Numbered from the stretch's first letter, positions 12,701-26,834 are shown. The stretch is DNA of 64,000 bases from Dimorphilus gyrociliatus (GCA_904063045.1 CAJFCJ010000030.1:310001-374000); one strand, 5' to 3'. The notes: a model not told the origin generated them from the letters alone. Program-made: numbers and translations.

Positions 12701-15582
12701 TCTTTTTTTTGTTATGTAGCTATATATTTTCCCTTAACCGTCTCCTATAATAATTAACCCTTGGAGCAATACTCGTCCAGGTACTAAGTTATTTCAATCA
12801 ATTAATAATTCAAGTTCAAACTAATGGTAAAGAATATTTTAGATTTGTTACCAGTGTTTTTTTTTCATTCATTATTACCGAAACTGTTGTTAAAGTTGAG
12901 ACAAAAAGGAATATTTAATAATATATGCTACTTTTTCACTCGCTTGTCTGCTTTTTTTCTTTATTCTCTTTTAAGAGAGTAAATTAAAAAGTGATTAAGA
13001 ACAAAAGGTCTCATATTATATCATAGTCGTTGTTAATTACAATGTGGTCAATGGATTGAAGTATATCCTTATATATCGGTTCAAGTATCCTCTCTGACAT
13101 TGTCTGACTGAATAAAAAGGTATTTAATAAAATATAATAGCAATGCAGATACTCTTATTATTGACTGTATACTTTACTCTCGTTCAACATCGGAATACGA
13201 TACGGTCTATAACTATATCGAATCGGAAGAAGCGTCTCGAGGGCGTTTAATAAGTTTGAAAGCAATAAGGGCAAGAGAAGAGTGTAAGTCTGAAAACATG
13301 TACTATTATCTATACTAAAAATCGACAGAGGCGTCCCGAACCCTACTGAATAATGAATAAGAGAGACAAATCAAAAGACGCTGTAAAACGAACAATCAGA
13401 AGCGGCTTGTATTATTTACGCTAATCGTGAATAATTAACGATCGACGCCGTCAACAATGAAAGAGGTACTTGTGAAAAAAAAACGATTCTCGTCTCCGCA
13501 GGTTTGTTCGAACGATCGATTGAGTGTGCTGTAAGGCGTTAATAAATTTCGACGCTGCAACGAATAGGCATCCGCTTCCTGTCTGAAAAAGCTCTTTGGA
13601 GAAACAAACATATAGGTTTCTCTTTGAGAGGATTAGAGAGAGAAAGGTATGTTTTACAAAAAACATTATTAAGTACACTATACACGTCTTTTCTCCTACG
13701 CTTGCCATGTTCATCTTTACCAATATGCATCTAATAAATATAGTGTAAGCTTAGAATGAAAGATGGCGGTAAGAAAAATCTAATCTAGAAAGCCCGCTTC
13801 CAACTGATTACATGTAAACGTGAGATGCTTAATACGTCGCTGTTGTAGGCCTATAACGAAAAATTTTTGTCCTATATGGAATTAGTAATTCGACTACACC
13901 AAAGTTTCGTCTTGGGAGATTGTTAATTAGCAGATTGAAGAAGATAAAAGCAGTTCGTTTCACTCCAATTAGCAAGAAGAAGGAGTTAAAAAAAAAACAT
14001 CTGTACCAGAGAGGCGTTTCTTTTTTTTTGACGATCTTCGGTAAGCGAGTGCGGTTTGTCGATAACGGATTTTTCATTGAAGGATAAAATATCTCTTTCC
14101 TCCTCTCTGCTTCCTTTGCAATATAACATAGAAAAAGAAATGTCAAGACAGAGAACAAAATTTTCTTCTTTGTACCCATCTTTTCTTTCTCCAAGAGTGT
14201 ATGCTTGACACATATAAGCACACGCACACGTTCAAATACGTATAAACACACGTGCTTATAAACTCTCTCCTTCCTTCTCTTAATCGCTTTTTCCTCTAAT
14301 AGTCCTGCAAATTTGGAAGAGGATTAACGCCTCAAAAACCAGCTTATGCGGGTAAAAAGTCGACGTAAATCATGTTTCACTACAGTTTTTTGTAGACGAG
14401 GTGGAAAAAAAACCCTTGTTGCCACCTTTGACCCTGCCAGCCAAAATCTCCTCCCCTCATGCGAATGTTGATATGATGTTGTAGGGTCAAGGTTAGAGTA
14501 TTCTGACTAGAGAATTAGTCAACACTCCTAATTTTACTTGTGACTTTATGTATGAGATTTCCATAATCATTGTATATGATATATATATATATTATCTTTT
14601 ATGTAGATATCCTTTACCTAATTTAAATATTAATATTCAGGGAAATATCCTATATTTAATAGGTCAGAAAAAAAGTAAATAATAAATATGTGCTTAAAAA
14701 TACGGTAAACACCGCAATACGTAATATATTTAAACTTGTATATGAATATATATATTTTATGATATGGAACAAATGGAGAGTTTAAGAGATGATGATATAT
14801 GCCTATAGTCATTTTTCGGATAGTAGCCGAAGCCTTCAATTTTCGCCCAATTAATCTTAGCCAATAAAGAGAAGACCTTTGACTTCCGAAACGATTGATC
14901 CTTTAAAGTTAGATGTCGCCACCGTTTATTCTCCATTTCTCTAGTTCTGCATCGAGTAGAAGATTTCAAATGAATAAATATAATTTAATAAGAAATAGAG
15001 GTATAAGAAAAGGGTTATAAATACATTATCAATATGCGAGGGATAGTGCGTAATTTAATATACGCATGACCGGTCATGAATGGATTATTAATCGTAAAAT
15101 AAACCCCTTCCCTCGCTCTCTTGTAACCTCGTTTCCCTTTCCCTTATATTACTTGCCTAATTTATTAATCCAAGCAAATTTATATTGGAGCAAAGAAAGG
15201 GAAGAGTTTGTTTTAAGTAGGCCTAAGGAAATGCTCCTCAAAAAAATTCAACGCCTCTTCAATTAGGCGACATATAAATTTTTTACCCTAATAAGGGGAA
15301 GAATGGCGTAAATTTAAGGATGTTTCTTGGCAAGTAGTCAGTAGGGGAAGTAGATAGAAAAATTTAAAGGGCTGTAAGGGAACGGATAAAGAGAGCAACG
15401 ATTTATCCATCCTAAGCAACTGTATATTCCTCTAATTAACTTTTATCGAATCGTGTCATTGTTAAGGACTAGTAATTGGATTGTGATACTATATACATGA
15501 TCGAGCAGCCACATATCAGTTGCTGCCTGACGTCCTCTTGTTAGGGAGAAATCACAGATACTTCCACAACCTCTTTTTCCCT

Positions 15583-15622
<40 letters not shown>

Positions 15623-18600
15623 CACTACGTCGCCCCTTTACCCTTCAATACTCCAATACTTTTTATTGTGAGTCGTGAGAGTACTTATAACTTTTGCAGC
15701 TGTCTTGATCAAAGCATATTTACAATGAATACTTTATCTTCGTGCTTCTTATTTAACGAGTAGGTAGGAAAGAAATCCTTAAGCGATGAATTGCCAAGGA
15801 TAATCTCTAGTGTCTTATCCGAAGGGAAAATAAGCACGACAGACAGGCTTATAATTACCAAGTTTGCAACCGTATAGCCAAGGACAGATAATCTTTTCCT
15901 CTAGTGTTAAACAAGCCCGCTAACCATTTGTAACATTGTATAATCTATTCAAGGAATATAAATATACAGTACTATAAACCAAACCATGCCTCACCATATC
16001 TTTTGTGTATATAATAAACTCAAATATGTTATCTTTATTTTCAGAACCTCTGGTAGAAAATCTTACATGCGACACGGAACCCTTTAAGTTGAATTGTGGT
16101 CATGATGGTCTGGCAGTCTTGACTTCTGCCACATATGGTAGAAGTTTACATCCCAATAGATGTGAAACGAAAGCCGATCACTGTAAAGAAGATGTTCTAA
16201 AGCCGTTGGATAACAAATGTTCTGGAAGGAGAAAATGTGAAATACCTAATTTGGCTAGTCACTTTAAGAACTATTGCGGTGAGGGGGGATTTCGTAATGC
16301 TCTAACCGCAAAATATAATTGTATTCGAGGTAAAGTTAAGAAATTACATCTTATTTGCTTTTTGATGCATCAACACTTACATTGTGGGCGTGTTGAGTAG
16401 ACGCCCTCATTCAAATTCTACATTAATTAGACGTTTTTGTTCTACACAGATCCTCTCGATTTACAGTTTCAAATTAAAACATTATGCGACATTTATAGTG
16501 ACTCAATTGAAATTAAAAGTTTATACGGGGTTATTGCTAGCGAATGGCTGAAAGAAACGGGAAAATGCTCTGACGGTCAAAAATCTAGAGCTATAAGAAT
16601 AATGGGAGAAGAGGGACAAAAAATTAATCTAACATTGTGGGATTTTACAAAAAAGGATTCAATCCAACCATGTTCAAAACCTTACGGAAAATACAAAGTC
16701 TTAGACTCTAAAGAAATGAATGAACAACAAATTTGCAATCGCTATGATCAGCGAACTGTCAATATTGGCTTATTCGACGCTAACCAAGTTGAAATATATT
16801 TACTATATAGGAAAGATCACACATTTTTATTGGAATATCAAGGTTTGTTTTTAAGCATAGACTAAAATATTCCCCCTAGATTTTCTTTTCCCTTTTACAT
16901 CTTTGTCTTTCATCTTATCCATTTATGAAGAGGTCTTTAATCAATCAATACAAAAATGAAACTTAATTAATCATTTAAGATAAGTAGAGAATAAAAAAAG
17001 CACTCTATCTTGATGCCTCTTTCTTATACAAAAAATTGCATAAATAAGGTATAAATCTAGTCAATTCTTTGGTTATTCTTTTTTTTTATTTTCTCTTTTA
17101 GAAGAGATTTGATAACATAATTCGCAAGAGATACTCAATAAACGCTTAATTGAACTTAATTAGTTTGATTTATTATTCGAGGTACTTTGAATTCCTTTTA
17201 GAGTATTAGGAATTGGCCAAATAATTTATCATAAACGAAACGAATATGAGGATTTAATTGGTTTTGTTAATATCTAAATAAGAGCATGTTAAAAAAAGTA
17301 AGATAGTCTAAAATATTATATACAGTATATATATACAGTATATAAAAAGGACAACATGATAAGATATAGATACTACTTTTATAGTCTTCTCTATTTAAAA
17401 ATCCTTAAGAAGTTTCATTTTTAAGAATTAAAGGAATAAGGGAAATAATTATTATTTATTATAATTGCCCAGTGCTTTACTTTAATTTTCTATTTTCTAT
17501 TTATTTGCTTAAAGTACTTGAAAAAATAGTCTACTAGTTGTTACTTTATTAAATCTAGATGTGAATAATCAATCAGTAATTGGGACATCGTTCAGCGTCA
17601 ATACCGTCTCTAACCTATTAAATATTCAAAAGTTGAGAAACGCTTAGGGTTGTTAACATTACCTCTAAAAGTATCTATTTGCATATCTAGGCATTTCTAT
17701 ATTTAACTGGATACAATTGTCAATAGTATCTCTTTTGTTTTTTAACAATAATTTTTTATTACAATAGTTGTTGGTTGTCCTCTGCCAAAATTCGATCGAA
17801 GAAAGCAAAGGGTAGAAGTAACAGGTCGAATTGCCAAGATTATTTGCTTGCAATCTGAAGAGGAATGGTCTCTAACTTGTGATAATAACAAGTGGTTTGG
17901 AAGGTCCGGTAATTGTAGTGAAAGTAAGTCAAAACATATGCATCATTCAGCTTAAACGAATCCGACAATTCCCAATTGCGAAATCTCTAAACATCTCTTA
18001 AGGAAATCAACCGCAAAAAAAAAGAAATAAAAAATAGTGCCATCTGTCGATTATCAGTGCTGATAAAATATCAATTAAACAGTTTTATCAACATTAGTAC
18101 AGCAAAAAAAAAACTGTTAATAATAGCTATCAGTACTTTTTTAAAATATATACTTAAATCGATCTTTAATTGTAAGTTTATCAAGTATATTAATGAACTT
18201 TACTATTTTCTTCCTATATAAATTTATACGACTCTGTGCGCCATCTTTTATTTATTTCTGCTCTCATGTTTTACAGCTGCTGCCGCCACTGGACTATTCG
18301 AATCAATTCCATCTGGTATATGGATTGCGATAATACTCGGAGTAGCAGTCATTCTGAGTGTGGCAATAATGACTTTTGGGGTCTATATTCTCAGATGGTT
18401 GGTCACTTTATTTCCAATTAAAATATGTTGCAGACCCGAAATGTATCTGTTTATTATGACAGGCAAAGAAACCAATATTTAAAGCGACAACTGGTGCAAA
18501 CTCTACATACAGGAAACGCTCAAGACAAACACTCTTTTACAGATGTCACTCACGAGCCGCCTTATAACGCGAATACAAAAACATGTGAAATTTGTACACA

Positions 18601-18745
18601 ATACTCTCGCCGCCCATACGGTACATATAAACCAGAGCACATCTACGAGAGTCCGCATAATCCCCACAAAGACGAAGGTCGACCCACATATTTTGAACTG
18701 GATTCAACTTTACGCTCTAAGGCAGCAGATATAGCAAGAATATAA
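9734..18745 (+). CDS. Single-pass receptor: signal peptide, SUEL/Gal_lectin domain, CUB-like domain, short CCP/sushi-like module, TM and Tyr-motif tail. Exons 9734-9797 (tentative), 16045-16329, 16450-16842, 17768-17923, 18277-18397, 18463-18745
   Basis: SUEL pattern: C..FKLNC...SATYGR...C...C...LDNKCSGRRKCEI...C...LTAKYNC. CUB-like GEEGQKINLTLWDF. CCP-like GCPLP...C...WSLTCDNNKWFGRSGNC. TM IWIAIILGVAVILSVAIMTFGVYIL. Exons from 16045 on are in phase. The signal exon MLNKLKFIALCCISYGLSLDL+C|gtaagt has the matching phase 1 but lies 6.2 kb upstream, so it is less certain. Confidence 0.78.
15588..15613. repeat. (TG)n microsatellite
   Basis: About 13 TG units, read directly. Confidence 0.9.
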
Positions 18746-21288
18746 AGAGTAGTAAAATATAGTAAAATAAGATAGTAAGTTATACATTATGTATACTGTA
18801 TCTATAAAATCCATTTTACAATATACAGTATAACTAAAGTATAATACTGTTTTTTATAAATCAAAACAACAACTGTGAAGAATTTTTAAAGGGAGGAAAA
18901 ACTTGACTGTCTTCTCTAAAGTTTCCGTCTCATAGCAGTGCAAACATTTTTAAATATTATATATCCGTTTCATAATCATAAATGAATATAATTATGATTA
19001 TTTTTCTTAATTTTCTTTAAATGTATTTGTAATTGTTATATAATTTATTCATAAAAATGTATTTCCATAATATATTTACATTTTTCTTTAACTAATTATT
19101 AAGAGAAAGAAAAAATTGATTATCATAAGGAAAAAAACTCACTGTATAATTTTTTTTGAGCAAAAAAGAAGAAAAACATCTCAAATCCTATTAATTACTT
19201 GGTGAGATAAACTTGATTAAGTACTAGTAATCAAAAAAAAAAAGAGAAAAAAATAACCGTATAGAGAGAGAACAAAACTGATTATTCTCGTATACCGTGT
19301 GAAAATATAATAAGAAATAATTAATAAAATTTGTTATCGCAATATGTACATCCTTTCCTTTATATAAAAATAGATAATAAAAAAATCGCTGGTGCTAGAA
19401 AAAAATGGTCTTGTACTAGTTTAATAAATGTTCTATCTATTTTTTTTCCAACTGTCCCTGCTTCTAATCTCTATTACGTTGCTTGGATGTTTGTTCTACC
19501 TTATTTTTTCAGTCGAACGACAGTGGGGAACTACTTGGAAAAGTAAATGCATATTTTTTATGCTCTAAATATTTTCTTTAATAAATATTCAGTTTCAATT
19601 AGAAAGTATATTATATAATTTGTATTATATTTCCACTTTTAAATGAAAAAAAAGAACTCTTACGCAAAAGTTTAGAAGAAGAAAGAAGGAAGCAGAACAC
19701 TGGGAAAGATTGATTTAAAATTTAATCTAAGCATATCGCTAACCGGCTGTTAAGCTAATCCTCCGCTACCCTTACCTTCATCCCAAAAAAAAATTCAAAT
19801 TATTTCAGATATTTCTTTCTTGCTTAGTGTAGTCTTACTAAACAACGAAATTATAGATACTTAAGTTCATTACTAAGAAGTGGAAGGGATTTTTTTCTGT
19901 TTATAATACATTTATTCGATATAAAATTTAAAAGGAGTAAGATAAAAGGAAGAATGTTATAGCTGTTTACCTCTTTTCTGCTAGAATATTGTTTAACATT
20001 ACCTTCTTCTAAAATGTTTAACATATCTTGTTTACTTATATTTAAAAGAAGTCTCTCCTTTGAACAATTCTTTAATTAGATTGTTATTATTATCTAATAA
20101 ATAGTTACAATAGTTTTCAAGACACTATATACTTCTCTCTAAATAGAAAGTCTAAGCTATTATTGACGAATAATAGGCTTAGATTCATATTATACATGTA
20201 TATACGTGAAAAAGTTGAAAGAAGATATAGAAGAGAATGAAAAAAATGTCTTTCTCTTAAAGAGAAAGAAAATATCATATTTATAGGATAAATATTGTAA
20301 TAATAATCTATTTTTACATTTCAATATATATATCAAATTATTGTTTTGTATAGATAACAGCAATCAACTTTACATTTGTCTTATAACGAAAGATAGATTT
20401 TTTTTTTTACATTGTTGCATTTTTTCCCCTAATGCAAAAAGCTGGAGCGTTTTGATTTTATCATGTAATCATAGACCTGATTGGTGAAGCTGAAAAAGTA
20501 AAAAAGCGCATAATATTCCCTTAGGAGGATTACTAAAAAAAAAAGATATTTTTCCAATAAAATAATAACACGTACACGAGATAGTTAGCCATTTTCTGTA
20601 TAAAAAATATGTGCTAAAGATTTATCTTCGTTGTCCTTATATAATATATATACATTTATATACTAATATATATATATATAAACTGAATACAGTATGTCAA
20701 TGAAGTGTTACGATAAATAATAAATCATTCTCAACCTTTGGCAAAAAGGAATCGTCTGTAATTGTATGATATAAGCTGTGTTTATTATGAAATATTAATC
20801 TACACCTTACATTAAGAAGAAAATAAAATAAAAACAAAACAAATAAATATTTTAGACGCTTTTTTCAACTATGCGTTTAATATTTTTCCTTTTCTTAACT
20901 ATTTTGCATTTATTAAACAATGCTAATAAAAGTAAAGATATAATGATAAATTCTAGTGAAAGACTTATAAAGATAGATAGAAAGGGAAAAAGAGGAAAAC
21001 ACAATAAAAGAGAGAGAGAGGGAGGGAGAGAGGGAATCTTAATGTGCACGTGACACAATGAATCGTTCTTTTTTATCAAAAAAAAAATATGAAAAATAGT
21101 TGACTCAGTAAGAATTAATGAGTAAGTCTCTATATCATATGTGAAATAACATATTGCTTGAGAAATTAGACACCATAAAAGTCGAATAGAAGTAGCCTGT
21201 GTTATTTTATTTCGTTATATTTTTAGTGTCTTTCCATAAAGTTCTCTAAGAAGTATACATTTTTTTATTTGACAAAAATATCGGAACT

Positions 21289-22018
21289 ATGAAGTCTCTA
21301 CTACTTTTATTTACGCTTTCTCTTCTCTGCACTGAAATCAGTTAGTTCTCTCTTCTTTTTTTGTAACTATTTGGATCACTTGTATATAGTATATACTATA
21401 TATATATTTGTTAACAAATCTATTTAATACAGAATTGTATATATGTATATGGATATATTTACTTTTTCTTTTATTCGAATAGGTGGCAGCTGCCCAGAAA
21501 ACTTTGTACGATTTGCAAATTCCTGTTACTACTTTATTACATCCAGATTGACTTGGTTCGATGCTGATCAATATTGTACATCCTTAGTTCCAAAAAGTTA
21601 TAATTGCCATCTTGCAGCCATTGAATCTTCAGCTGAGCAGGACTTTCTGAAGAATCATATCTTAAACAATTCAGGTAAGAGAGATATTCAATCTATCAAT
21701 ATCATTTACAAACTTTATATATATTTAGAATTAAGAAGTCATAGTTTTTTGACATCTGGAAATAATTTGGATAGTAAAAAAGGATGGTCTTGGTCTGCAA
21801 CTAACAGAAGATTCACATACGCCAACTGGGGTCCAAGTGAACCTTCTTCAGGAAAATGTGTTCAGGTATGCTTAATAAAACTATAACATATTTATAGCTA
21901 AATTTTATATAAAATGTGTAAATTAATATTTCAGATGCACAAAGATGATAGTTTTAGATGGAGATCATTGGACTGCGAAGATGAACCTAAGATGTTTGTA
22001 TGCGAATATGAAATTTAA
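21289..22018 (+). CDS. Secreted single-domain C-type lectin (perlucin-like), 4 exons (21289-21340, 21483-21674, 21729-21865, 21935-22018)
   Basis: Signal peptide MKSLLLLFTLSLLCTEIS. CTLD motifs: CPENFVRFANSCYYF, TWFDADQYC, HLAAIESSAEQDFL, YANWGPSEP, CVQM, WRSLDC, FVCEY*. Splice phases are consistent. Confidence 0.92.
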
Positions 22019-25000
22019 GAAGAAACCCAACTTCTAATATTGTATTCCTGCTATTGTGCACAAATTATTTTCTTTTCATATGACATCAAAGAGAATAAGA
22101 GAAAAAATAGCGAATAAATAATATAATAAATGTCAATTTATTACATTCTATTATAAGTAGTAGTTGTTGAACCATGAGCATTATCCTATATTGAACCATG
22201 CTTAATGAAAACAATATTTTGCTGTAACAGAAAGCACATTAAATTATTAAATGATACTCTACCTAATTTAATGACATGTACGATATTTTGCATATATTTA
22301 TACATGTATATCTATATATACTGTATATACTGTATATTATGCAGTTTATATTATCATACAAGTGTACTTTAAAATAGACAAAAATATACTATTAGGCTAC
22401 AAACATACAGTAACAAAAAATGATTTTTCGAAGTGGTTCTTTTACACAAATGCACCCATAAAAGGATTCAAAGGTATTCTATGTTTGATTTGAAGCAACA
22501 GGACTTCCTTGCCATTCTATTGTGACTTAAACTTCAAGACTTGTATCCTTGGTACAGAGACAGAAAAAGTACTCGTTTTCTATAAAATCTTACCTTTATC
22601 TTTATCATTAGCTATCTAGCTAATTAATCAGTATATCGCATAAATTCATAAAATGTGTACAGTTTTACTTTCTTACGCTCACGTATTCTGTTAGAAATTT
22701 AACCAATTACCAAACGTATTCCAGGCTAGAACAGACATTCTCAGTTTATTCCATTCTTTTTCTCACAACCATTAAGGGCAGGAAATGAAGGGAATTAAAA
22801 TAGGAATAAAAGTCAAACCAGAAAAGAAAGAATAAAGTCGCAAGAACTTAAAAGTGTTACGCATGAAAAACAAGAAAAGACTACAAAGTTACATAAAAAA
22901 TCCTTTAGAACTGATATACTGATAATTTATTTCTGTCAATATTTTTACAGATAGGAGATTACATCTTGTCTAAAAATTTGACTAGTCACGATCAAGATTC
23001 TCTCTAATATAAGATTCTATAATAAAAAAGGATAATATTTATATTAATCGTCTTCAATATTCTTAAACAAAATATGATAACACTAAGCTTGTGTTCTATA
23101 CAATACATTGAGTAGACAATACGAGAGCGAGAGAGAGAGAGAAGAAGAAAGTGAGACAGGTAAACAAACGTAAGAGGAAGAGGAGGGGGTAGTGATATAT
23201 ATAATAGTAAAAGGACATTAATTCATACGATATGGCAACAAAACCACTTGATTTTGATTAGGTAAGATCTTGAAGATAGTTTAGAAAAATCTCTTCTCTC
23301 TACATGAGTTAAACTATCTAAAAATCTCTAATAGATTACTGTATTTTTTAATAATTTGATTGTTTTTTATGTTTAGGATAAATAAAGATAAAAATAAACC
23401 CTATATACTGTATATTCTTTATAGAATACATTAGATTAAATTGCTTTTTGTTATAATGCTATAAATAGAAATACTCAAGAAAACACTTTTTTTATAGTTT
23501 TATGAAGAATTAGGACAAACTATAATTGGTATGAAGTAGTTTTAATTTCAAATTAATTAGTGTTTTTCTATAACAAAACATACGTATGTATCTGTATGGT
23601 TGCTATAAAATTACTAATGAATAAAGAAACGCTATCATTCCTATATAGTTATGACTTTATATACAGTATATATAAAATATTAACGTAAATCTACGAAATA
23701 TAAGTTAAAGAATGAACTATTTTAATGTATGCAAAAATTAGGTTAGTTATCTTTAGATTATAATAGCTGACCGAGAGCACAAGTCAACTAATCATTTTCA
23801 TTATTTCATTACACTAGAGTAATTGAAACTCATTAAATTCGTCTTATCAGCTCATTCCAACCAGTAGTCTTTCAATTAATACTAGTCAAGTTATTCTTAG
23901 CATTTCTGAACAGGATTATTAAATTTATGCAATTAATGTATAAATGTATAAAATATTTAGATGAAATGAATATTCTGATATTCTTTGTATTCATCTTAAA
24001 GAAATGAAAACTTTTGTAAAGCTATACCATAAAGCATACAATAATTTAATGAATTATTAATTTTCAATTGTTTTCTACAATTATCAATTATTAAGGGAAT
24101 AGTGAAGTTAAATGAATAAATAAATCTTCTGACAGATTTCATGATTTTCCGGAAATTAGGCCAGAAAAAAAGAATTGTAAATATCATATAAAGTTTGTAT
24201 TTACTATTGTCGAAATAAAACTCTAATGTTCGTATAAAGAGATTTCTAGAGACTGACATTTTTAATATTTAACTCTACAGATGGCTTCAAATTGATGTTA
24301 CATTGCTATTTACCTTATGTTGGGTGTAGCTGGTTAATAAAAAATTGAACAAAACACAGTTGATACTACCATACTTATCCTATAAGAAAGTAGGAGCATT
24401 TTTGTTAATTATCTTATTCATTTCCAAAAATCTCGAAAATAAGAGATTTTTCCATCTTGAACTCTAGTAGTTGAAAGAATATAGCATACGACTGTCAGTA
24501 TATCCAAGATTGGTTAGAGAAATCAATATATTACTAATTAAATTACTGTATATGGGAGTGATTACATTTGCTAAAAATTGAATATATTAGTAGCGTAGCA
24601 TCAATTGTACAGTTCCTATAAAATACTCTCGTAAGATTTGTTAAACTATATATACATTTGTTATCATATTTGGTAAAATCATTATGCTTCTCTCTGATAG
24701 CGTGCGCAAAACAATTAAATGTTAGATTTTTCTTATTTAACTATTTAGAAAAAAATGAGACTGTTATTATTATCATTCAGATAAAAAGAGTGATCATTTA
24801 GTTTTTCTTCAAATTAATGCATTTAGGGAATTATAGAAAATACAATAAAATCTCAAATTTGCCGTTCTACGTTAACGAGGTTTTCTTTTGAATTTTTTTG
24901 TTTGTGGTTCTTCTTAAGTAATAATACATCCATATTTAGAACAAGGTCATTCAACTTTTATAATGAAAAGAATTTCATGGAATAATTATTGATAAAATAG

Positions 25001-25728
25001 TACAAAAGCTTTGTATAACATTAATAACAATAGTACCTTATAGTGAAGGAAGCAATTATCACAAAAATGAATAAATAGACATACTTTTGCTGGCATAAAT
25101 GTTTTTGGAGCATGATACATACTGTACATGTATAATAATGTATAGTTTGTTAGTAGATAACATATTTATGAAATATTTAAGAATGGGTACCTTCTATCTC
25201 TCTGTAGTTGGATGTATATTTTTCCTATCTTTTGTAGTTTACAAGGATGGTATTTTGCTGCTCTTTGATAATTTTACTCAAAAAGACGAACGAAAGTTTC
25301 CAAGAGCAATTTACTTCTTTATTATAGAATTATAACAAATTTCTAGAATAATTAACCTGCCCAATTAGCTGATGAGACTAGTAAAAATTAATTAATTATA
25401 AAATAATTGAATATCCTATAATGCTATCCAGATGGAGAGGTAATATCTTAAACCTCTCTACTATCTATCTAAAATGAAATTACCAAAGCAGGAAGAACAT
25501 ATTCTTGGTTAAAACACAAAGTTATTTCGTCTCTGAATATTGAAATTCAATATAATTTAAATTATTTTAAAATATTCAAGATAAAAAAAAAGAGAAAATA
25601 AGCATTTTTTAATGTTTTACTGTTATATGTAAAATATATTTGTATAAAAGTAATAAACCTGAAATAAATATATGGTCTTTCTGTTAATTTGAATATTGAA
25701 CCTTTACTGTTTTCTTTTATATTTATTC

Positions 25729-26834
25729 TTATAGAGCAGTATCCTTTGTTAATCTTGTGGGTGTACTATGACGACAAGCTAATGTATATTGGTTCTTGAT
25801 GAATAAACTCTTCACCAAGGACTTCATTCGCTTGCTCATACATACATAGATTATAGGGTTGATAGCTGAATGCACAAATGCGCACAAGTGAGTTAGCAGC
25901 ATGACGAAAATATATTGACTTTTCCTAAGAAAACTGTCGTTCATCCTTATAACCTCTTCCAAGGAAATTCCAAAGTGAGGAGCCCAGGCAATCGTAAAGG
26001 CGAAAGATATAACAACAATCATCCTAGCTGCTTTTCGACGACCTAAACCAACACTTCCAGCATTTATAGGCGTTCTTCTTAGTTTTATCACTATAGCTAT
26101 GCAGGTTATTAAGATAATAAATGTGGGTATTAGGTAGACGCTAACAAATAGGAGAATAAAATATATCAGTCTGAAACCGGTTTGATAACCCAACCAATTG
26201 TCTAATATATCAAAATTAGGAGAACAAATTCTTCTACTAATCTTTCCATAATTAGAACTGAGTTCAAAAGACTGTGTCGTGGCCATTAAATAAGGCGTCG
26301 TTAATAAAAGAGGAAATATCCATGTGACTGCAATCACTTTTTTGGCTCTTGATAACTTTGACTGAGTAATTGTTGAAAGTGGATGAACAATGGCGGCGTA
26401 TCTGAAAACAGCATCTTTAAACAGGAACTCTGTTAGTATTAATATCTGTTTGTATACCTCTCTAATGAAATAGCTGCAAGTGTAAAGATGGAAGAAAATA
26501 CTAACGAAGGCTGCAGATATGAAAGAACACCACAAAGAACGTCCGATAATAATTCAACGGTAAAAGTTGAGCAATCTGCAGTATATTCTACTAATTTAAA
26601 AGGCATTACGACTATTCCAATTAAAGCGTCTTGTACTGCCAGATTGAAGATATAAATGTCGCAGGCGCATCGTATCTGGCGCCATATCGATATAATTATT
26701 ATAGAATTTCCAATAGCCGTTAAAATACATATAAGTACATATAAACACACTAAGAAGATTCTTATGCTCTGCTCCTGAGTAAAATCCGTGTACGGAAAGC
26801 TCTGGTTCGTGCATATACTATAATTCTGAACCAT
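25729..26834 (-). CDS. Class A (rhodopsin-like) GPCR of neuropeptide-receptor type, 349 aa, 2 coding exons (26834-26458, 26401-25729)
   Basis: Motifs GN in TM1, NLAVQD in TM2, SIFTLAAISLERYAAIVHPL (E/DRY, split by a 56-nt phase-2 intron), W..P in TM4, YLIP in TM5, AWAPH in TM6 and SAINPIIY (NPxxY) in TM7. Confidence 0.92.

Noticed and set aside
12251-14251. Several ORFs of 60-147 aa, including 12251-12694 + and 13829-14251 -
   Set aside because: No domain motifs; composition driven by poly-A/T runs; probably intronic.
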